Of a DNA stretch of 64,000 bases, positions 27,162 to 37,600 are shown piece after piece (the first letter of the stretch is position 1; each line of letters starts with the position of its first letter). A model generated the notes under the pieces. That model did no database searches, was not told where the DNA came from, and saw only the letters and a program-made list of their open reading frames with translations. Location: positions 1 to 64,000 of IMG/VR virus record IMGVR_UViG_3300045119_000370; one strand, 5' to 3'. Source of the DNA: a virus. The translations under genes were made by a program, and so were the position numbers.

Positions 27162-28373
27162 GTGGTGCCTTACGCCAACAACTCTGATTTGCCCGCACAA
27201 GTGCGCGATGCACTGCCCGACGCAGCGCAGAGCCGCTTTCGCGCGGTGGTCAACTCGGCGCTGGCGCGCGGCCTGAGCGACGCCAAGGCGTTTGGTTCTG
27301 GCTGGGCCGTGATCAACAACGGTTGGATCAAGCCCGTTAACGGCGGCAAGTGGGTGCACAAGTCGGCGACGCCGCGCACTTTGTTCGCTTCGCGGCCGGT
27401 CGAGAACGCCAAGGACGTGATCGATTGGGCCAAGGGTCAGGGTTTCCCGACCACGCTTGTCCCCGAAGCCATGCATGTCACGCAGGCGTACTCGAAAGAG
27501 CCGTTGCAGTGGCCCGAGACGCTCGACAACACCGTCACCGTGGATGGCACGGCCGGTCGCAAGGTCGGCTCGCTCGGTGATCAGGGCGCGATGGTCCTCC
27601 ATTTCGACAGCCCGGCGCTGAGCGACCGTCACCAGCAATTGCGTGATGCCGGCGCGTCGTCGGATTACCCGCTTTACCAACCGCACGTCACCATCAGCTG
27701 GAAGGCCGATGGTGTCGATCCGTCCAAGGTGACTCCCTACACCGGACCAATCGTGCTTGGCCCGGAACGCTTCCGCGAGATCGACCCCAACTGGGAGCAG
27801 AAAGCCATGGAAAAGGCTGGTGCACGTCACAACGCCTCCGACCGCAAGCATGTGCAATCGGTCCATGACAGCGCAGTGCATCTCGGCGCGGACTGTCCCG
27901 GTATGGCCAAGCGCGACGACCTCGACGACGAGCGCTTCGAGAAGTTCGACGCACTGACCACCATCAACGGTGCCGGCGAGCCGGCGTCACGCGCCAGTGT
28001 CATCAAGGTCAGTGACGAACTCGGTCTGGTGTTCGGCTGGGCCATGATCTGCAAAGACGGCGGCAACGATTACTTCGATGTGCAGGACGACCACATCCCC
28101 GAAGACGCCATGCTCAAGGCGAGCGCAGAGTTCATGCTGAGCCGGCGCGTCGCCAAAGAGATGCACTTCGGCGACGAGATGGGCACCATCGTTTTCGCCT
28201 TTCCGGTCACCTCTGATGTCGCCAAGGCGATGAACATCTCGACCGACCGCACTGGTTTGATGATTGCGATGAAGCCTTCCAGTGAAGCGCTCTTGGAGAA
28301 GTTCAGGAGCGGCGAATACACCGGTTTCAGTATCGGTGGTCAACGTCTCGTCGATGAGGAGATGGCGGCATGA
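27162..28373 (+). CDS. Fusion: ChaB domain + Acb1-like 2H phosphodiesterase + XkdF-like prohead serine protease
   Basis: PYANNSDLP..V..LP..AQ..NSA..W..KW (ChaB); HVTQAYS..RH..GA..DY..Y.PHVTIS (2H); LVFGWA..D.QDD..EMH..GEYTGFSIGG (protease). Confidence 0.8.
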   Translation: MVPYANNSDLPAQVRDALPDAAQSRFRAVVNSALARGLSDAKAFGSGWAVINNGWIKPVNGGKWVHKSATPRTLFASRPVENAKDVIDWAKGQGFPTTLVPEAMHVTQAYSKEPLQWPETLDNTVTVDGTAGRKVGSLGDQGAMVLHFDSPALSDRHQQLRDAGASSDYPLYQPHVTISWKADGVDPSKVTPYTGPIVLGPERFREIDPNWEQKAMEKAGARHNASDRKHVQSVHDSAVHLGADCPGMAKRDDLDDERFEKFDALTTINGAGEPASRASVIKVSDELGLVFGWAMICKDGGNDYFDVQDDHIPEDAMLKASAEFMLSRRVAKEMHFGDEMGTIVFAFPVTSDVAKAMNISTDRTGLMIAMKPSSEALLEKFRSGEYTGFSIGGQRLVDEEMAA

Positions 28374-29311
28374 GTGTCAACATCGATGGTGATCTGCACA
28401 AGCCCCGCCGCCGCAACATCATGCGAGCCTTCAAGATCAGTGAGATCAGTGCAGTCGACCGCCCGGCACAAGAAGGCGCGAAAGCGGCGATCATCAAGCG
28501 CAACAGTAACGCAAACACAGGAGACGGTTCGATGACCGAGAAGGAACTTCAGAAGAAGATCGACGACCTCGCCGCCGAGCTTGCCAAGGTGAAGGCCGAT
28601 GGCGAGGCCAAGATCGGTGATCTTTCGACGGCCAACGCCGAACTTGTCACCAAGGCGGCCGCCGCCACCGAGGAGGCCGAGACACTGAAGGCGAAGGGCA
28701 AGCTGACGCCACAGCAGCAGGCGTTCCTTGACCAGCAGGAAGGCGAGACCGCCGACGAGGACAAGAAGAAGAAGGCCACCAAGGCGTTCCTCGCCATGAC
28801 CCCCGAGCAGCGTGACAAGCTCATCGCCGAGAAGCGCGCCAACGACGAGGTCATCACCATCGACGGCGAGGAGATGCGCAAGTCGGTGATCGGCGCGACC
28901 CAGTTCAACATCCTGAAGCGGCAGTCCGAGCGCGTCGCCACACTGGAGAAGTCCAGTAAGGACGCCATCGAGAAGGCCGAGACGGCGGAACTCGCCAAGC
29001 GCGCCGACGATGAGTTCTCGCATCTACCCGGCACCACCGACGACAAGGTCGGTGTGCTGCGCGTCATCGGCAAGGCCGACAAGAAGGTGCAGGAGACGTT
29101 CGCCGCAATGATGAAGGCCGGCGAGAAGGCGATCAACGGCGCGTTCGAGAAGCTCGGTCATCGCGGTGGCAACCAGACGGTCGATGCCGGCGCATTCGAG
29201 AAGCGCGTCGCCGAGGTCCGCGCGCGCGATGGTTCCTCGCGCATGGACGCCATGGAGAAGGCCCGCAAGGAATTCCCCACCGAGTTCGCGGCCTACCAAG
29301 GCCAGAACTAA
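28370..29311 (+). CDS. Scaffolding protein with N-terminal protease-like strand
   Basis: EISAVDRPAQ then a long Lys/Glu/Ala coiled coil; lies between protease and capsid genes. Confidence 0.75.
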   Translation: MSVNIDGDLHKPRRRNIMRAFKISEISAVDRPAQEGAKAAIIKRNSNANTGDGSMTEKELQKKIDDLAAELAKVKADGEAKIGDLSTANAELVTKAAAATEEAETLKAKGKLTPQQQAFLDQQEGETADEDKKKKATKAFLAMTPEQRDKLIAEKRANDEVITIDGEEMRKSVIGATQFNILKRQSERVATLEKSSKDAIEKAETAELAKRADDEFSHLPGTTDDKVGVLRVIGKADKKVQETFAAMMKAGEKAINGAFEKLGHRGGNQTVDAGAFEKRVAEVRARDGSSRMDAMEKARKEFPTEFAAYQGQN

Positions 29312-29444
29312 GCTTGTCGGGGGTCGGCGCTTCCTCTCCCGATCCCCGCCCGGCACGCCGCCACGGTTTACTGGTCGCCCATACGGCCGTGGCGGTGGTG
29401 CTCAGTAAAGACACTGCTTTTGGAACAATAGGAGAAACTGAACC

Positions 29445-29792
29445 ATGACCACGAGCAAAGACCTTAGTCTCTCGTATGCCCGGCTGGCCGGCGCAGACCT
29501 GAGCAATGCACTGAACAAGTTCGGGATGGTCGACACCAACGGTAACATCGTCTTGGCGACCGCTGCCGCCAAAGTGCTCGGCACCATCATCGAAGAGAAC
29601 AACATCAACTACCCGGTCACCGTTCAGTACGGCGGGCAGGGCAAGGTCATCGTCGGTGCGGCACCGGTCACTGCCGGCGCGGTGATCGCTTCCGACGCCA
29701 ACGGTCTCGCCGTAGCCGGCGCGACCAACCCGGTCGGCGTTGCCCTGACCGGTGGCGCTCCCGGCACAGTCATCGAGTTCGCCTTCGCGTAG
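29445..29792 (+). CDS. Capsid decoration/cement protein (DUF2190-like)
   Basis: AGADL..KF..V..AG..I.SDANG.AV..GVAL; upstream of MCP. Confidence 0.75.
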   Translation: MTTSKDLSLSYARLAGADLSNALNKFGMVDTNGNIVLATAAAKVLGTIIEENNINYPVTVQYGGQGKVIVGAAPVTAGAVIASDANGLAVAGATNPVGVALTGGAPGTVIEFAFA

Positions 29793-29857
29793 GCGATCTC
29801 AGTAACCGCCGCTCGACTGAGCGGCACCCTTATTAACTGAACGAAAGGATTAACCCC

Positions 29858-30868
29858 ATGCCCGTCGCCTCGAACGATGGCGTAAACATTCAGGGTGCCC
29901 TTCACGTCGATAGGTACCTGACCGGCTTCTCGATCAACTACGTGCAGGACAGAAACAACTTCGTGTCGTATCGCGCCGCGTCGTTGATCTCGGTACAGAA
30001 ACAGACCGACCTCTACGTCGTCTACGACCGTGGCTTCTTCTGGCGCGACGAGGTGGCACCTCGCCCGCTCGGTGGTCGCCCCGAGCAAGTCGGCTACAAG
30101 TTCGCCGATGGCAGCTACAAGTGCACCGAGTTCGCACTGGAGCATGTCATTGACGACCGTCAGCGTGCCAACGCCGACGACCCGATCCGCCTCGATCAGA
30201 ACGCCACGACCCTGCTGACCCAGAAGCACATGATCAAGCAGGACAGGGTGTGGGCGCAGAATTTCTTCGTCCCCGGCGCATGGTCGACGCAGGCAACCGG
30301 TGTGGTCTCCGCACCCGGTAGCAACCAGTTCGTCCAGTTCAACGACGCGCTCTCACAGCCCATCGAGATCGTCGACTACTGGAAAGATCAGATGCACCAG
30401 AAGACCGGCTTCATGCCCAATACACTGGTGCTCGGCGCGGCGGTCAAGCGCATCCTGCGTTCGAACCCCGACATCGCCGACCGCATCAAGTACACCCGTA
30501 CCGGCGTCGCCGACGAAGACCTGCTCGGCTCGCTGTTCGAGGTCGACAACGTCGTCGTGGCGCGCTCGATCTACAATGCGGCGATGGAAGGCGCGGCCGA
30601 CAATTTCCAGTACATCGTCGACCCGAACGCCATGATCCTGCTCTACATCGAGCAGAACCCCGGCCTCGACAGCCCGACCGCCATCGCGAACTTCGCATGG
30701 ACCGGCCTCATCCCGGGCGAGACCAATGCCATCGGCGGCGTCATCGAGCGCGGCCGTGACGACCGTGCGCACTCCGATTACTTCCAAGGGCGCATGGCGT
30801 GGGATTTGCGCTTGGTCGCACCCGATCTCGGCGTGTTCTTCACCAACGCGGTAGCGCCCGGCTCGTAA
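29858..30868 (+). CDS. Major capsid protein
   Basis: 336 aa; HVDRYLT..SI.Y, G..PNTLVLG, DLR.VAPDLG.FF..AV. Confidence 0.9.
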   Translation: MPVASNDGVNIQGALHVDRYLTGFSINYVQDRNNFVSYRAASLISVQKQTDLYVVYDRGFFWRDEVAPRPLGGRPEQVGYKFADGSYKCTEFALEHVIDDRQRANADDPIRLDQNATTLLTQKHMIKQDRVWAQNFFVPGAWSTQATGVVSAPGSNQFVQFNDALSQPIEIVDYWKDQMHQKTGFMPNTLVLGAAVKRILRSNPDIADRIKYTRTGVADEDLLGSLFEVDNVVVARSIYNAAMEGAADNFQYIVDPNAMILLYIEQNPGLDSPTAIANFAWTGLIPGETNAIGGVIERGRDDRAHSDYFQGRMAWDLRLVAPDLGVFFTNAVAPGS

Positions 30869-30911
30869 GGCCCGGTCGCGTCAGTGTCAGTGTAAAAAGC
30901 GGGTACAAGCA

Positions 30912-31238
30912 ATGGCAAGAATGAGAGACCGCGAAGAGTTCGATTCCGACCGGGAGTTCGTTGTCATCCGCAAGATACGTGTGGGTGGTACCGATTTCAC
31001 TCCCGGTCAGGAGTTTCCCAAGCAGCTGTGCAACGCACGTCGGTTGCGTCAGCTGTTCGAGATTAGTGTCATCAAGATGAGCGCGCCACGTGAGCCGTCC
31101 TATCGCTCGCCAACGGCGCGCTTCGACGCGATGACACTGGAAGAACTCCGTGACTGGCTGACCAGTCATGGACAGGTGCCACGGGCGACGTGGGACCGTG
31201 GCAAGCTTCTCGAAGAGGCGACGGTGGTAGGCGGCTGA
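30912..31238 (+). CDS. Small head-associated protein with C-terminal HeH-like helices
   Basis: Follows MCP; DAMTLEELRDWL..G..KLL. Confidence 0.55.
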   Translation: MARMRDREEFDSDREFVVIRKIRVGGTDFTPGQEFPKQLCNARRLRQLFEISVIKMSAPREPSYRSPTARFDAMTLEELRDWLTSHGQVPRATWDRGKLLEEATVVGG

Positions 31239-31909
31239 TGTATTTCGATTTGTCGACCATGATTTGCAGAGACCTGTCGACGCCCGAGCCGATGACTCGG
31301 GCGGTGCCGGTCACCATCGACCGTGCCATGTACGAGCCGAACGGTGATCTGGTCCGTTGTCTCTTGAGCAATCAGACCGAGACATTGTGCGTTGATGATG
31401 ATCAGACGCAAATGGGACGACAATTGCAGGAGTGGAAGGAGGCCGGCAACACCATCGAGCCTTACGCGCCGCGACCGATTACTTACAACGACGTCGACAT
31501 CGAGCGCGACCGGCGCAACCATCTCGGTGAGCAGCTGTTCCTCAAGTCCGGCAAGGTCGTCAACGTCGCGACGGCGACCGGCGAGGATTACGACAATATC
31601 AATTATGCTTCCGACACTGCTCTGACCATGATTGCCAAGACGATCCCGGCGCTCGCTGCCGAGGCTACCGAGATCGATCCGAAAGCTCAACCGGACCCAC
31701 CGAGCATGACCTTCCGCGACTTTTATCGTCAGCCGGTGACCGTCACTTACCATGAAATGGCCGAGATCAGTGTGCGGGTCACGGACAACGTTAACTCGGT
31801 CAATCAGGCTGCGCACCTTTTGAAGGACATGGACCCGATCCCGCGCGATTACACTAACGACAGCTACTGGCCGACCATCCCGCGTCCACCGCTTAACCCG
31901 CCGTCATGA
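31238..31909 (+). CDS. DUF4376-like/tail-fibre-assembly-like protein
   Basis: EW..AGNTIEPY, ERDRR, LKDMDPIPRDYTNDSYWP. Confidence 0.6.
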   Translation: MYFDLSTMICRDLSTPEPMTRAVPVTIDRAMYEPNGDLVRCLLSNQTETLCVDDDQTQMGRQLQEWKEAGNTIEPYAPRPITYNDVDIERDRRNHLGEQLFLKSGKVVNVATATGEDYDNINYASDTALTMIAKTIPALAAEATEIDPKAQPDPPSMTFRDFYRQPVTVTYHEMAEISVRVTDNVNSVNQAAHLLKDMDPIPRDYTNDSYWPTIPRPPLNPPS

Positions 31910-32271
31910 GCTTTCTCGACACCATTCGTACCGAGATACAGCGGGGCTTCGCCGGCAAGCTCCGTAAGTGCACGCTCATGCGCATGGTCTCGACTGGGCA
32001 GGATGAGCTTGGCGACGCCCTCGCGCCGACCAAACAGACATGGCAGTTCGACGGCATGCGCGACAGCTTCAACGCTGCTTTCGCCGCCGCTGCCGGCATC
32101 CCGGTGAACGACGTGCGCATCCTGATCATTGCCGGTTCGCTCGCCACCGAGCCACGCATCGACGATAAAATTCAGTGTGAGGGGCGTTGGTTTCAGCTGC
32201 GCTCGCGCGTGTCGGTCGACCCGGCGACTGCCACGTACACTTACGCCGGCTTCGAGGTGCCAGCACCATGA
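31906..32271 (+). CDS. Head closure/head-tail joining protein
   Basis: GIP.ND.RILI..P..DDKI..DPA.AT. Confidence 0.75.
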   Translation: MSFLDTIRTEIQRGFAGKLRKCTLMRMVSTGQDELGDALAPTKQTWQFDGMRDSFNAAFAAAAGIPVNDVRILIIAGSLATEPRIDDKIQCEGRWFQLRSRVSVDPATATYTYAGFEVPAP

Positions 32272-32435
32272 GCACACTTGGTATCGTCCTCGTCGTCCTT
32301 CTGATCCTGCTCGTCGTCGGCGCGTTCCCAAACTGGGGATATTCGTCGACTTGGGGCTACGGCCCTTCTGGGCTGCTCGGTGTCGTGCTCATCGTGATCG
32401 TCATCCTCTTGCTCATGGGGAAGCTGAACATATGA
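32268..32435 (+). CDS. DUF3309-family small membrane protein
   Basis: LGIVLVVLLILLVVGAFPNWGYSSTWGYGPSGLLGVVLIV. Confidence 0.85.
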   Translation: MSTLGIVLVVLLILLVVGAFPNWGYSSTWGYGPSGLLGVVLIVIVILLLMGKLNI

Positions 32436-32833
32436 GCGTCACGTGGAACCAAGCCGAACTGATGGCTAGGCTGCGCCCGGCGATGGCACGTGGCGTCGTT
32501 AAGGGCGTCGAGCTTATTCGCAACGCCGCGATCAGTTCCATCCAGCAGGGCGGCAAGACCGGTCGTACTTATCGACGGCGTGGTGTCGTGCATCGTGCGT
32601 CGGCACCCGGTGAAGCTCCCGCCAGCGACACCGGTCGCTTGGTCAACTCGATCACTACCAGTTACGATTTGGAGCAGTTGAGTGGCACGGTGCAGGCGGG
32701 TACCGAGTACGCGCCGTGGCTGGAATTCGGCACCGCCAAGATGGAGCCGCGCCCGTTCATGCGGCCGGCGCTGATGGAGAACGCAGAGGCGGTCTTGGAA
32801 AGCATCGCAAACGAAATCAGGACGGCACTGTGA
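32432..32833 (+). CDS. HK97 gp10-like tail-completion protein
   Basis: HRASAPGEAPASDTGRLVNSI, YA.WLEFGT.KM.PRPFMRPA. Confidence 0.9.
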   Translation: MSVTWNQAELMARLRPAMARGVVKGVELIRNAAISSIQQGGKTGRTYRRRGVVHRASAPGEAPASDTGRLVNSITTSYDLEQLSGTVQAGTEYAPWLEFGTAKMEPRPFMRPALMENAEAVLESIANEIRTAL

Positions 32834-33294
32834 CCGACGATCTCGACCTCACCCAGTCGATCCGCGATGGTCTCCTCGCCGAGCCACTGATCGCCGATGC
32901 GCTGCCCAATTACGGCAGCAATGGCAAGACCATCTTCACGCGGCGGCCGGTGCCGAGCGATGCGCCTTACCCGATGATCGTGATCTCGCAGGACGTGTCG
33001 GTCACTGATCAGGACGGTATCGACCATGAGAAGTCGGTCGTCATCCGCGACATCGCCGTTTACGGCAAGAACGAGCCGGCGGCGTCGTTCCGGCAGGTCG
33101 TCGATATGGCTTACGTCGTGCGTCACCTGTTTCACAGCCGGCGTGACACGCTCTTTCCCATTGGCGAGTACAAGCTGATCGACATTCGTGCATCGGGTCC
33201 GCGTGCAGCCCCGACCGACGACTTGCAAACTGTGGGCCGCTTGGTGGAGTTGACCGTGCGGTTGGCCAAACTCGATCCACGCGCAACACTCTGA
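32830..33294 (+). CDS. Tail terminator (DUF3168-like)
   Basis: GTGA overlap; IFT..PVP.DAPYP.IVI; position. Confidence 0.75.
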   Translation: MTDDLDLTQSIRDGLLAEPLIADALPNYGSNGKTIFTRRPVPSDAPYPMIVISQDVSVTDQDGIDHEKSVVIRDIAVYGKNEPAASFRQVVDMAYVVRHLFHSRRDTLFPIGEYKLIDIRASGPRAAPTDDLQTVGRLVELTVRLAKLDPRATL

Positions 33295-33322
33295 CACTGT
33301 CCCTTGAAAGGAGAAGCTTACC

Positions 33323-33805
33323 ATGGCAATCTTCGCAACAGCTGGTTCCAAAATCTTCATCGGCGGTCCCAAGGACGCCGAGTCTGGCAGCTTCGACGTC
33401 AGCGATTTCGCCAGCCAGAGTTGGCAGGAAATCGGGTGGGCCGAAGCCATCGGCGAGTTCGGCGACGAGTCGTCCGAAATCACCTTCGATGCCATCGGCG
33501 AGGGTCGGACACAGAAGCTGAAGGGCATCCGCAACGCCGGCACCATGGCCGCTCGTTTCGGTATCTCGTCCGCCGATCTCGGCCAGATCGCGCTCCGCGC
33601 CGCCGAGGCAGTGCCCAACGACTTCGCCTTCCGCGTCGACTTCAACGACGCGCCCGTCGGTGGTCAACCCAGCCATCGCTATTTCGTCGCCAAAGTGATG
33701 AGCGCCCGCGAGGTGCTCGATACGGCCAATAACGTGGTTCGCCTCAACGCCAGCTTGGGTGTCAACTCGAACATCGTGCAGGTGCAGGCGGCCGCGTCGC
33801 TGTAA
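33323..33805 (+). CDS. Major tail tube protein
   Basis: AGSKIFIG, W.EIG..E.IGEFGD, KLKG.RNAG. Confidence 0.9.
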   Translation: MAIFATAGSKIFIGGPKDAESGSFDVSDFASQSWQEIGWAEAIGEFGDESSEITFDAIGEGRTQKLKGIRNAGTMAARFGISSADLGQIALRAAEAVPNDFAFRVDFNDAPVGGQPSHRYFVAKVMSAREVLDTANNVVRLNASLGVNSNIVQVQAAASL

Positions 33806-33897
33806 GGGTGAGGCTTGGGTCCGACTTGGACAGCCGGTGACTTGCGCCGGCTGTTCGTGTCATAGTGCACCCTTCCTTGAGAGGAGAGGGTCAGTAC

Positions 33898-34311
33898 ATG
33901 GTAGTCAAATTGATGAGCAATCAGATCGGCGCTGGCGATGTGCCAATCACTATCGATGGTCAGGAAATGGTGCTGAAGCCGACATGGGCGGCGGCGCAGG
34001 CAATCTCGCGCATGAACGGCGGCATCATGGGGGCCATCGACAAGGTGGTCAAACTCGACATCGAAACCATCATTGCGATTGTGCAGGTGGGTCTCGGTTA
34101 CGGTATGGGCAAGCGCGCGCCGACCGACCTCGCCGAGAAGATTTGGCGCTCTGGCTTGACCGATGAGAGTGGTTTCATGGTCGAGCGCTGCGTCACTTAT
34201 CTGCGCACACTTGCTAACGGTGGTCGTCCGCCGCCTGCGCCCGAGGAGGACGAAGAGAAGGACGAGCACGAAGCCGGCAATGGTAAGGACGTCGCTAGTC
34301 TGAACCCTTAG
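33898..34311 (+). CDS. Tail assembly chaperone (G)
   Basis: Between tail tube and TMP; V.ITIDG.E..LKPT. Confidence 0.8.
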   Translation: MVVKLMSNQIGAGDVPITIDGQEMVLKPTWAAAQAISRMNGGIMGAIDKVVKLDIETIIAIVQVGLGYGMGKRAPTDLAEKIWRSGLTDESGFMVERCVTYLRTLANGGRPPPAPEEDEEKDEHEAGNGKDVASLNP

Positions 34312-34655
34312 AATGGCAAGATAGTTACCAGCAGTTTCTGGACCATCTTGCCGAAGTCGCACTGGGCTGGCTGCACTGGTCGGAGGAGCAGCTGTTCTCC
34401 TCCGATATCAATTCGATCACTGTCGGCTTCACGGGGATGCAGACCTTGTTGACCAGCATCTTTGGTGACGCCAAGTCCGACGAGGAGGGCCGCCCTGTGC
34501 CGCGTGCTGCACCTCCACCACCCGCTCCAGCCCCAGTCCCGGTACCCGTGACAGCGCCAAAGATTGATTTGGCGTCACTGCCTGTTGATCAGTTGCCGGT
34601 GTTGACCCCTAGCGACTTCGACCGGATGTTCTCCGGTAACATGAAGGCGAATTGA
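34302..34655 (+). CDS. Tail assembly chaperone T segment, probably reached by -1 frameshift
   Basis: -1 frame open from 34299 encodes ALGWLHWSEEQLF before any ATG. Confidence 0.65.
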   Translation, partial: EPLEWQDSYQQFLDHLAEVALGWLHWSEEQLFSSDINSITVGFTGMQTLLTSIFGDAKSDEEGRPVPRAAPPPPAPAPVPVPVTAPKIDLASLPVDQLPVLTPSDFDRMFSGNMKAN

Positions 34656-34656
34656 C

Positions 34657-37600
34657 GTGGCGCAAGAGCTAGGCGAAGTAAATGTAGTTGTCCGTGTCGT
34701 CACTGGCGACATGGAGCAAAGCCTCGCGCGGGCACGCAAGTCGGCCGAGGACTTTTCCAACGCGTCGCAGGGGCACTTCAAGAAATCCGAAGCGGCGATG
34801 GAAGGCGCGCGCGCACAGGCTGAGCTTCTCAAGTTCGCGATGGATAAGCTGAAAGAGGCGATGGTCCTTGGTGGCGTCTCGCTCGGTATCGAGAAGGTCA
34901 TCGAGGTGACATCGGCATGGACCGATCTTAACTCTCGTTTGACCGAGTTGACCGGTTCGGGGAAACAGGCCGAGGCCGCTTTCAATCGGCTGATCGACGT
35001 TGCCAATCGTACTTACAGTTCGGTTGACCGCACTGTCGAGGGCTACCTCGAACTGAGCGAGTCACTGAAGGGTCTCGGACTGAGCAACAAGACGACGCTC
35101 GACTTCGTCGAAGCGTTGAACGATGCACTGGTGGTTTCGGGTGCCAAGGGTGAGCGCGCCGTTGCCGTGCAAGAAGCACTGACCCGCGCCATGGCGACCG
35201 GCTCGTTGCGTGGCTATCAATTGAACACGGTGATCCAGCGTGGTGGCAAGGTCGCCGAACTGCTGGCCGAGCAACTCGGCAAGACCGTGCCACAACTGCG
35301 CGAGTTAGGTAGAGAGGGGAAGATCACTGGTGACGTCATTTTGCAATCACTGGTCGGGAATATAGATGAATTGGGCAAGGCCGCCGACCGGATGCCGGCG
35401 ACGATGCTCGATGCCTTTTTGCGTGTTGGCAACTCGGTCGAGGAATTCATTTACAAGGTCGATAAAGGCACTGGCGGGACGAGCGCTCTCGCGGCTGGGC
35501 TGGTCGACGTTGCCAAAGCTATCCATGACTCGGTTGAGCCGGCTATTCGCCTGATCAACGGGTCTATGGAAGGCTTGAATAATATGATGACCGGGTTCGG
35601 TGTTAACTCGGCGGCGGCTGGTGAAATCGTCAGAGACGTTTTCGTAGTCATCATCGGCGGCGTCGCGGTGCGCGCCACAATAGCTTTGGCCGAGGCCATT
35701 GGCAGACAGCTGGTCGGGGCTGTCATGCTGCTTACTCGTGCCATGATCCTCAACCCGATTGGTCTGTTTATAACTGCCTTGGTGGCAGTGGGTGTTGCGG
35801 TCTACGAGTTGCGTGACAAGATCAAGACTGCGTTTGGCGTCGACGTCATGAAGGGGATGCAGGACTTCGGTAACGCGGTCATACGTGGTTTCCTGATCAC
35901 GTTCGATACAGTCAAATTACTGGTCGCTAGTTTCACGACTGATTTTTTGGCGACGTTTGCCAGACTGGGCCATTCGATGGCGCAGGTGTTGGTGTCTGGC
36001 TTCATCGCTGCAATGAACGCCATCACTGATTACCTTAATTCGCATCACCTCAGTGCAATCGCTGGCAATCGTATCAATCCCGACGATTTCAAATTGCCGG
36101 ACTCTCCCGCCGAGAAGTCCAAGGAACTTGATGATTTAACAAAATCTATCAATGAAGACATTCTGAAGGTGATGAAGACCGACTACATCAAGTGGTGGGG
36201 AGATTTGGCCGTTGGCGTCGATAAGGCTACCGACTCCACTGATAAGGCGGGCAAGGCGACCGAGCACATTACTGCCGAGACCGAAGCCCATGCCAAGGCG
36301 ATGGCCAAGCTCAAGTACGAATTAGACACTGCATGGTTCACGCCCGAGCAGAAGGCAGTCGCCGACGCCTTGCACAGTGTTTTCGACGATCAGTGGCAGG
36401 CGCACGCGAATGACGCTGTCGCCGTGATGGCGAAGTTTAACTTCGAAATACAACAGCAGAAGACCGCCCTCGATGGCATGAAGCAGACGGCCTTCCAGAT
36501 ACAAACCATGTTCATGTCGGCGGCCGATGCGGCGGCCGCGCAGGCCATGCACAGTGCATTCCCCGAAGACTGGGAAAAGCACATGCACGATGCCGCCGCC
36601 GAGATGGAGCGGTTCAATTCACATCTGAAGGACGCCTACAGTCTCACGCGCGATTTCACCGGCACCTTCGTGCACGGCCTCCTCGACGGCAAGACCGCCC
36701 TCGACAGCTTGAACGACGCCCTCAAGAATCTGGAAAACAAGATCATCGACATGGCGCTCGACGCCGTCGTGCAGGGCTTCTTCGCCATGCTTACGGGGAC
36801 CAGCGGCGGCACTGCTGGCAACATCTTCACGAATTTACTGGGCGCTGGCAAAGTCACCAGCGGTGTCAAAGAGGCCGGCATGTACGCGACCGGCGGCGTC
36901 GTCGGCAGCACGCCGGTCAAGAAATATCGTGGCGGGAAGCTGGCCTACGACGAGTACCCTGCCATCCTGCATATCGGTGAGCGTGTCATTCCGGCCGGTG
37001 GCGGCGAGCCGAGGATCAATCTGTCCGGCGAGCAGATGACCCGCATGTTCGGCGGCACGCCACGCTTCGACAGCGGCTTCAATGCCGCCGCCGCCGCCGC
37101 TGGTGCCTACACGGCTGGTGACACGGGTGCCCATGGCAGTTGGAGTACCGTCTCCGGTGGCGGCGGTAACGCTACACTGAGTGCATGGCAAGCCAGTCAA
37201 TATACTGGTCGTGGCGGTGGCGGCACCATGACCTTGCCGTCCGCCCGCCCGGGCGGTGGCGGCGGCAGTATCAGTCTTGGTGGTGGTGGCCGTAGAGGAG
37301 GCGGTCGGGCCGGCTCGCCTCGAATCGACCGGAGCTATATACCGAACTACAACCTCATTCGTCTTCTTCATCCGTTCGATCCGTTTGGCAACGCTGATAC
37401 ACGGATTTATCCAGAATTCGAGGCCGAGCAGGGTTGGGGTGGGCATCCTAATCCTTATACGACACCGGTATGGGCATGGCCGCAAGGTGGGGCTAACCGG
37501 TATGGTAAGGGCAACCGGCTTGATCGGCCCGAGCAGCCACCTTCCAGCTTGACCGAATGGGAACACCTTATCGGCGGCGGCTCGATCTTCCATGGTGGCG

